A stretch of 18,378 nt of DNA. Source: a virus (Duplodnaviria > Heunggongvirae > Uroviricota > Caudoviricetes). Of the stretch, positions 1 to 5,619 are shown piece by piece. Location of the stretch: the IMG/VR virus record IMGVR_UViG_3300029190_000051; one strand, given 5' to 3'. The notes beneath the pieces are model-generated. The model searched no databases and was not told the origin of the DNA. It saw only the letters and a program-made list of their open reading frames with translations. The position numbers were made by a program, and so were the translations under genes. The first letter of the stretch is position 1. The number at the start of each line of letters is the position of its first letter.

Positions 1-168
1 GACCTGTCAAAAGCCTGCGGCGTTGGCAAAGAGGTATTCGGCGTACTGGAACCGTTCAACATTCGCATGATTTGTTACGGCGCATCCAGCCATAACCTGT
101 GCTTCCTGGTGCCCGGCGAAGATGCCGAGCAGGTGGTGCAGAAGCTGCATTTTAATTTATTTGAGTAA
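1..168 (+). CDS. lysC: 3' end of aspartate kinase gene (LysC-like C-terminal regulatory domain), partial at window edge
   Basis: Frame 1 translates to ...DLSKACGVGKEVFGVLEPFNIRMICYGASSHNLCFLVPGEDAEQVVQKLHFNLFE-stop (TAA 166-168). This matches my recollection of the enterobacterial aspartokinase III C-terminus. No start codon in the window. Confidence 0.7.
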   Translation, partial: DLSKACGVGKEVFGVLEPFNIRMICYGASSHNLCFLVPGEDAEQVVQKLHFNLFE

Positions 169-180
169 ACGATCAGTAGA

Positions 181-210
181 GGTGAATAGCGACCCACGAC
201 GCTATTCACC
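181..210. terminator. Inverted repeat/hairpin between convergent lysC and the Mor-like gene; possible bidirectional terminator
   Basis: GGTGAATAGC (181-190) is the exact reverse complement of GCTATTCACC (201-210), with a 10-nt spacer. There is no clear U-tract on either side, so terminator function is uncertain. Confidence 0.4.
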
Positions 211-222
211 ATGCCGGTTCAA

Positions 223-570
223 TTACGAATTACTGCGGCGCTGTTGCTTTTCCGCATGTACGCGTTTCACAATCTTATAAATCCATTGCAGCGTCAGATT
301 ATATTTCTTCGCTAATTCGGCGTAGTTGCGCCCATCGCACTCGCTATAGATTTGGTAGTCACGCTCCGATGCTCGTCCGGAGATCCCCTTAGGGAAATAG
401 ATGCTTTGTCCGCCCCAGTTACGCATCATTCGGTCGGCAATGGCAAAACCCACATTTTCTGCCGATGAACTGTCGAGATTGATGCTTTCAATCAGAACTT
501 GCGATGCATGAAAAGCCAGGTCGTTAATGATCTCCGGTGTCCGGGCCATCTCTTTTGATTTTCGTATCAT
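223..570 (-). CDS. Mor/C-family transcriptional activator (phage Mu middle/late activator homologue)
   Basis: 115-aa ORF. The segment RNWGGQSIYFPKGISGRASERDYQIYSECDGRNYAELAKKYNLTLQWIYKIVKR aligns by eye with the recalled Mu Mor core (GGGQVYIPRG...IWNDFNGRN..EL...YG.T...VYK..RR), including the C-terminal helix-turn-helix. A GGAG ribosome-binding site lies 8 nt upstream of the ATG on the minus strand. Confidence 0.8.
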   Translation of the reverse strand: MIRKSKEMARTPEIINDLAFHASQVLIESINLDSSSAENVGFAIADRMMRNWGGQSIYFPKGISGRASERDYQIYSECDGRNYAELAKKYNLTLQWIYKIVKRVHAEKQQRRSNS

Positions 571-791
571 TTTTCATCTCCATATATCTTGCATCCTGAA
601 TAAGACCCGATGCGTGTAAAACCACGGATATACGCTAAGCAGTTGTCATTACTGCTACTCAATACATTCAATAAACAAATAAACAATCACCAAAAATATA
701 AACTTTTAATATTAATGAACGTCATAAATTCACGAAATAAATATATTGTTTGGATTATGTTTCTTATCAACAGGAGTATCATTTTACACTA

Positions 792-811
792 TACTGTATA
801 CATATACAGTA
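792..811. promoter_or_regulatory. LexA operator (SOS box), near-consensus
   Basis: TACTGTATACATATACAGTA matches the enterobacterial LexA consensus TACTGTATATATATACAGTA at 19 of 20 positions (CTGT-N8-ACAG with an AT-rich spacer), and is part of a perfect 10-bp inverted repeat ATACTGTATA/TATACAGTAT. It sits in the AT-rich divergent region between the Mor-like gene and the lysis/tail operon. Confidence 0.75.
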
Positions 812-1107
812 TTATTTTTACCTGTAGAGTAAAAAGATCGTTTCCCTCACAGTCGCTGACTTTCTTAAACAAACTTTAAAAATCAAATAACTATCGACTA
901 TTCCTACGATCCACCATCATCTTTCCCCTGCATAATGACGCGCTTATTAGCCTGGTCACCTTTTGCTCTTTAATTGCTGAGTCGATTTATTAGCGGGCTT
1001 GTTCATTTATAGAGAATCTATTTTTTAAACTTATTTATTAAAGCTTTTTTCATTCTTCACTGGCGGGTTCTGACGACACTAAACGCTCACTTATCAGGAG
1101 ATATCGT

Positions 1108-1395
1108 ATGAAAAAAGTCACTTTTCCCCGGCTTTCCGGCTGGCTAGTCGCTTCCGCCGCGCTGTTTGTCGTGATCGGCTGGACCTCTTCCGCACAGATC
1201 CCGGTCGTCATTTATAAACTAAGCCTGGTTTCGCTTTCCGCGGTGCTGGGATACTGGCTCGATCGCAGTTTGTTCCCCTGGGCACGGCCTGACTCTTTTA
1301 GCCCCTGGAAGGAACCTCGTTGCTGCGCGGCGGCAATGATTCGCCGCGCCATCATCGTTGCCGCCGTCTGTCTTTCCGTCGCCTTAGGGCTATAG
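1108..1395 (+). CDS. Putative holin (small membrane protein with about three hydrophobic segments), first gene of the lysis cassette
   Basis: 95 aa with hydrophobic stretches WLVASAALFVVIGW, VVIYKLSLVSLSAVLGYWL and AIIVAAVCLSVALGL. AGGAG lies 7 nt upstream of the ATG. The stop overlaps the endolysin start (TAGTGATG). Called by position and topology only. Confidence 0.45.
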   Translation: MKKVTFPRLSGWLVASAALFVVIGWTSSAQIPVVIYKLSLVSLSAVLGYWLDRSLFPWARPDSFSPWKEPRCCAAAMIRRAIIVAAVCLSVALGL

Positions 1396-1397
1396 TG

Positions 1398-2003
1398 ATG
1401 TGGCTGAAATATATCGCGTCTATGATTATTTTCGTTCTTTTCCCGCTTAACGCCTCTGAACCGCCGCGAGCCTCTCTGGCATGGCGAAACGAACTAATTC
1501 GTACAGCTCGAGAAGTCTGGGGGCTGAATGCTCCAGTGGCCGACTTTGCCGGGCAATTACACCAGGAGTCCGCCTGGCAGCCAATGGTACGTTCCCCCGT
1601 TGGCGCACAAGGTATGGCGCAATTTATGCCTGCTACAGCGACATGGATAAGCCAGTTGTATCCACAATTGCGTGAAAACAAACCGTATAACCCAACCTGG
1701 GCGATTCGCGCGCTGGTGCAATATGACCAGCATTTGTGGAAAAACATCTCTGCGAAAAATGATTGTCAGCGTATGGCGTTTACCCTAAGCGCCTATAACG
1801 GCGGTCAGGGGTGGGTTAACCGGGATAAAAAACTGGCTGCATCCAAAGGGTTAGATGCCACTAGCTGGTTTGGTCATGTTGAGCAAGTCAACGCCGGGCG
1901 CAGCGCCACGAACTGGCGAGAAAATCGTCGCTATCCAAAGATGATCCTCTATCAACATGCCGCCCGCTATTTACTCTGGGGACAGGCAAGCTGTCTTCAT
2001 TAA
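1398..2003 (+). CDS. Endolysin, soluble lytic transglycosylase (SLT/GH23-like) with N-terminal hydrophobic signal or SAR-like segment
   Basis: Contains the SLT-type motif region HQESAWQP...GAQGMAQFMPATA and a downstream AYNGG motif. The N-terminus MWLKYIASMIIFVLFPLNA is hydrophobic. I prefer the ATG at 1398 (GTG at 1395 also possible) over the track start at 1320, which would overlap the holin by about 75 nt. Confidence 0.75.
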   Translation: MWLKYIASMIIFVLFPLNASEPPRASLAWRNELIRTAREVWGLNAPVADFAGQLHQESAWQPMVRSPVGAQGMAQFMPATATWISQLYPQLRENKPYNPTWAIRALVQYDQHLWKNISAKNDCQRMAFTLSAYNGGQGWVNRDKKLAASKGLDATSWFGHVEQVNAGRSATNWRENRRYPKMILYQHAARYLLWGQASCLH

Positions 2004-2015
2004 TCAGAGGGGCCG

Positions 2016-2330
2016 ATGAAACTCAGTATCGATTTTTGGGAAGTGATCTCCCTTATGCTTTCCTTCGTTGGATTAATGTTTGCTGCCGGAAAACTGCTGT
2101 TAGCACAAATTGAAAAACGACTTAATGAGCGTTTTGAGTCTCTGGAAAATGCCCGCAGGGAATCAGAAACAAGTTGGTCGAAACTGGAAAGAGAATTTCT
2201 CGAATTTCGTGCCGAGCTTCCGCTGCATTATGTCCGCAGAGAAGATTATCTTCGTGGGCAAGCAGTATTAGAAGCGAAGCTGGATGCCTTATATAGCAAA
2301 ATCGAGCTGTTACAACGTGGCAGTTATTGA
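2016..2330 (+). CDS. Lysis accessory protein: N-terminal transmembrane helix plus coiled-coil (i-spanin-like or releasin-like)
   Basis: 104 aa with one N-terminal hydrophobic helix (VISLMLSFVGLMFAAGKLLL) followed by a charged helical region. It immediately follows the endolysin. I found no embedded lipoprotein (o-spanin) ORF in the other frames. Confidence 0.4.
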   Translation: MKLSIDFWEVISLMLSFVGLMFAAGKLLLAQIEKRLNERFESLENARRESETSWSKLEREFLEFRAELPLHYVRREDYLRGQAVLEAKLDALYSKIELLQRGSY

Positions 2331-2333
2331 AAA

Positions 2334-2367
2334 ATCCCCACCCTTATGTAAGGGTGGGGATTTTTTT
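2334..2367 (+). terminator. Rho-independent terminator after the lysis cassette
   Basis: ATCCCCACCCT / AGGGTGGGGAT forms an 11-bp GC-rich stem with a short loop, followed by a run of seven T. Confidence 0.7.
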
Positions 2368-2474
2368 AACCATTCAATTTTTTCTCTAAATCACATTAAA
2401 AGATTCTTCACCTTCGCTGCTTCAGAATACATTTCAACGATAACGAAGTGAGCGGTAATTAAGGTACAGCCTAT

Positions 2475-2930
2475 ATGGAAATTTTATCTGTAATGAATTC
2501 TGTTGTGACCAGATTACGTGAACACAACTCCGAAATGGATATATTTATTTCATCTAAGGATGCCCAGAAATATATTCCACAGACACAACGAGTTGCAGTG
2601 ATTATTAATTATAGCGGTTCTGTCTTTGCTACGCCCGAAAGCAGTAATGCCATCGTGCAACAGCAAATACTCCGCTTAACCGCCACCGTTATTGTTGGCA
2701 AAAATTGTGATGCATTAAACGCACTTGATCACATACGCAGCGCATTGGGTGGCCTTCCGCTTCCTGATTGTGATCGTCTGCTTTGGCTTGAAAAAGAAAT
2801 TAATACGGGTGAGAGCGGCGGTTTCTGCCGCTACATCCTGGAAATGGCGACCAGCTCGCTGTTTATCGCTGAACAGGAAAGCACGGATCTTCCCCTGCTT
2901 ACGGAAGTTAACTACGAGGAAACTGAATGA
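2475..2930 (+). CDS. Phage tail protein immediately upstream of the sheath gene (Mu gp37-like position; tail terminator/completion-like)
   Basis: 151-aa ORF, first gene after the terminator, overlapping the next ORF by 4 bp. Assigned by gene order and size relative to Mu-like tail modules, not by a recognised motif. Confidence 0.35.
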   Translation: MEILSVMNSVVTRLREHNSEMDIFISSKDAQKYIPQTQRVAVIINYSGSVFATPESSNAIVQQQILRLTATVIVGKNCDALNALDHIRSALGGLPLPDCDRLLWLEKEINTGESGGFCRYILEMATSSLFIAEQESTDLPLLTEVNYEETE

Positions 2931-3124
2931 AATACATCTACAACGGCCCAGCAAGCGGCGTCACCCTTGCCGATGGACAAGAAATCTTATTGTGGCCGAA
3001 CAGTGAAATTGATCTGCCAGAAGACAACGAGTGGGTCATGACCATGATTGCCCGCAATCATCTGACTCCTGTCATCACTCAGGAAGAACAAAATAACGTA
3101 GAGGAAATTGTACATGGCAGCTAA
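2927..3124 (+). CDS. Small phage tail-associated protein (Mu gp38-like position)
   Basis: 65-aa ORF translationally coupled to its neighbours, directly upstream of the sheath gene. Assigned by position only. Confidence 0.3.
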   Translation: MKYIYNGPASGVTLADGQEILLWPNSEIDLPEDNEWVMTMIARNHLTPVITQEEQNNVEEIVHGS

Positions 3125-4538
3125 TTATCTGCACGGTGTAGAAACTATTGAAATTGAAACCGGCCCGCGTCCGGTTAAAGCGGTAAAATCCGCCGTCATC
3201 GCTTTAATCGGTACATCCCCCTGCGGTCCGGTAAATAAACCAACATTATGCCTTTCTGAAAGCGATGCTGCGCAGTTTGGCTCGACTCAGGCTAACTTTA
3301 CGATCCCACAGGCACTGAAGGCAATTTATGACCACGGTGCCGGTACGGTGGTGGTGATTAACGTGCTGGATCCGGCAAAACATGGCTCCAACATCAGCAA
3401 TGAGAGTATCACTTTTGATGCTAACAACCAGGCGAAGCTCGCTCACCGCAATGTGCGTAACGTGGTACTAAAGCCCTCTTCATCAAATTCATCAACCTTT
3501 AACACCGCAGCATTTAGCGTAGATGAACAAACAGGCATAATTACCCGTAAAGGAGCCGACATTCCTCCTGGTGCGAAAGTTTGTGCCTATTATTCCTGGT
3601 GCGACCCTACAAAGGTCACCGCAGCCGATATTATCGGTACCGTAAATACCGCAGGCGACCGCACGGGGATGAAACTCCTTCAGGACACCTATAACCTGTA
3701 CGGTTTCTACGCCAAAATCCTGCTTGCTCCTGTGTTTTGTACGCAAAAATCGGTGACTACTGAGCTGATTGCACAAGCGGAAAAACTCGGTGCGATTACC
3801 TACATTGATGCCCCGATTGGGACAACATTCCAGCAGGTATTGGCTGGACGCGGTTCGCAAGGGGCTATCAACTTCAATACCAGCTCTGATCGTGCGCGTT
3901 TATGTTACCCACATGTCAAAGTTTACGATGGCATCACTAACCAGGAAATTCTTGAGCCTCTCTCTTCGCGTGCTGCCGGGCTGCGTGCCAAAGTAGACCT
4001 CGAAAAAGGTTTCTGGTGGAGCAACTCAAACCAGGAAATTCAGGGTATTACCGGTATTGAACGTTCGCTTTCCGCAATGATTGATGATCCACAAAGCGAA
4101 GTGAATCAGCTCAACGAAAACGGCATTACCACTATTTTCAATAGTTACGGCTCTGGTCTGCGCTTGTGGGGTAACCGCACAGCGGCATGGCCTACCGTGA
4201 CCCATATGCGTAACTTTGAAAACGTCCGCCGGACAGGCGATGTAATCAATGAGTCAATCCGTTATTTCAGTCAGCAGTATATTGATATGCCGATTAATCA
4301 GGCACTTATTGACGCGCTGACCGAATCGGTAAATACCTGGGGCCGAAAACTGATTGCCGACGGCGCACTGCTTGGCTTTGAGTGCTGGTACGATCCGGCA
4401 CGAAATTCACCGGCTGAACTCAGCGCCGGGCATTTATTGCTGAGCTATAAATTCACCCCGCCACCGCCGCTGGAACGTCTGACGTTTGAAACTGAAATTA
4501 CTTCTGAATATTTAGTCTCTCTGGAGAGCAATAGCTAA
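3108..4538 (+). CDS. Contractile tail sheath protein
   Basis: 476 aa. Size, position ahead of the tube gene, and conserved C-terminal sheath-like segments (ITTIFNSYGSGLRLWGNRTAAWP) fit a Mu/P2-type sheath. The true start may be the ATG at 3114, which has better spacing from the GAGGA at 3099-3103. Confidence 0.85.
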   Translation: MYMAANYLHGVETIEIETGPRPVKAVKSAVIALIGTSPCGPVNKPTLCLSESDAAQFGSTQANFTIPQALKAIYDHGAGTVVVINVLDPAKHGSNISNESITFDANNQAKLAHRNVRNVVLKPSSSNSSTFNTAAFSVDEQTGIITRKGADIPPGAKVCAYYSWCDPTKVTAADIIGTVNTAGDRTGMKLLQDTYNLYGFYAKILLAPVFCTQKSVTTELIAQAEKLGAITYIDAPIGTTFQQVLAGRGSQGAINFNTSSDRARLCYPHVKVYDGITNQEILEPLSSRAAGLRAKVDLEKGFWWSNSNQEIQGITGIERSLSAMIDDPQSEVNQLNENGITTIFNSYGSGLRLWGNRTAAWPTVTHMRNFENVRRTGDVINESIRYFSQQYIDMPINQALIDALTESVNTWGRKLIADGALLGFECWYDPARNSPAELSAGHLLLSYKFTPPPPLERLTFETEITSEYLVSLESNS

Positions 4539-5062
4539 TGGCTGGAAAAATTCAAATTAACCGTATTACCAACGCCAATATTTATCTCGATGGTAATAAC
4601 CTTTTAGGTCGTGCAACAGAAATTAAATTGCCGGATGTAAGTTTAATTATGCAGGAGCATAAAGCACTGGGCATGGTGGGTAAAATCGAACTCCCGGCAG
4701 GTTTCGATAAACTGGAGGGCGAAATTAAATGGAACTCCTTCTATCAGGACGTAATGCGTAAAACGGCAAACCCGTGGCAGGCGGTTGCATTACAGTGCCG
4801 CTCCAGTATTGATTGCTATAACTCCCAGGGGAAAGCGAATCAATTAGCGCTAGTGACACATTTAACCGTGATGTTTAAAAAGAATCCACTGGGCACATTT
4901 AAACAGAATGAAAACCCGGAATTCAGCAGCGCCTTTGGTTGCACTTATATTAAACAAGTAGTTGATGGTGAAACGCTGCTTGAACTTGATTATATGGCCA
5001 ATATTTTCCGGGTTAATGGTGTGGATCAATTAAGTACCTATCGCAATAACATCGGTGGCTAA
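4538..5062 (+). CDS. Tail tube protein
   Basis: 174 aa, starting at an ATG that overlaps the sheath stop (TAATGG). Size and position are typical of a contractile-tail tube subunit. Confidence 0.75.
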   Translation: MAGKIQINRITNANIYLDGNNLLGRATEIKLPDVSLIMQEHKALGMVGKIELPAGFDKLEGEIKWNSFYQDVMRKTANPWQAVALQCRSSIDCYNSQGKANQLALVTHLTVMFKKNPLGTFKQNENPEFSSAFGCTYIKQVVDGETLLELDYMANIFRVNGVDQLSTYRNNIGG

Positions 5063-5112
5063 GTTATTCGGGGCTACGGCCCCGAACTTTGCAAAATAAA
5101 TAAGGACACAAA

Positions 5113-5430
5113 ATGAAAGAACATTATATCTTGCAGTTTCCATTTACGTCGGCAGCAGGAAATAATATCGACACGCTGCAATTACGTCGCCTGAAAGTAA
5201 AAGATATGCGCAACGCCCGCCGGATCAGCGAAAAGCCAGAAGAGTGGGATGAACCGCTGATGGCGGCGATGACCGGACTGGTGCCAGAAGATTTAGCCGA
5301 AATGGATTTGCTGGATTACCAGGCATTGCAGAAACGATTTCAATCCATGCTTACCGTGGTTACAGAATCCTCCCCTGCTATGGCAGGCAATGGCGCTACT
5401 GGCGAGATGGTTTCGCTTTCCGCCCAGTGA
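5113..5430 (+). CDS. Tail assembly chaperone (P2 gpE / Mu gp41-like position)
   Basis: 105-aa acidic protein located between the tube and tape-measure genes, the canonical chaperone position. An overlapping +1 frame stays open to 5518. Confidence 0.55.
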   Translation: MKEHYILQFPFTSAAGNNIDTLQLRRLKVKDMRNARRISEKPEEWDEPLMAAMTGLVPEDLAEMDLLDYQALQKRFQSMLTVVTESSPAMAGNGATGEMVSLSAQ

Positions 5431-5504
5431 GATAGACGCCCTTACCGTCGATGACTTTAGCAACTGGCTGGATGAAGCCAGCGCCCAAATAAAAATCGAA
5501 TATG

Positions 5505-5529
5505 ACTCGCAGACCTGATGTCTGCGAGT
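5505..5529. other. Perfect 10-bp stem-loop in the chaperone to tape-measure spacer
   Basis: ACTCGCAGAC ctgat GTCTGCGAGT. It is not followed by a U-tract. The stop codon of the +1-frame extension (TGA 5516-5518) lies in the loop. Confidence 0.45.
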
Positions 5530-5619
5530 TTCCCAAGCCCGTCAGGTTTATTTCTTCCCTGCCCCTTTTTTTAGAAAAATAACCAGCGGGCCATTATCAA
5601 TATTTAAAGAGAAACAATT

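Noticed and set aside
610-879. 89-aa plus-strand ORF in the divergent intergenic region
   Set aside because: The sequence is extremely AT-rich with low-complexity, Ile/Asn/Lys/Tyr-biased translation and no ribosome-binding site context. It overlaps the LexA box and looks like non-coding regulatory DNA.
1320-1397. Upstream extension of the endolysin ORF (track start at 1320)
   Set aside because: It would overlap the holin gene by about 75 nt in another frame and encode an Arg/Cys-rich leader. The ATG at 1398, just after the holin stop, is the more plausible start.
2016-2330. Embedded o-spanin (Rz1-like lipoprotein) inside the membrane coiled-coil gene
   Set aside because: Reading the +1 and +2 frames showed no ORF with a lipobox or adequate length, so none is annotated.
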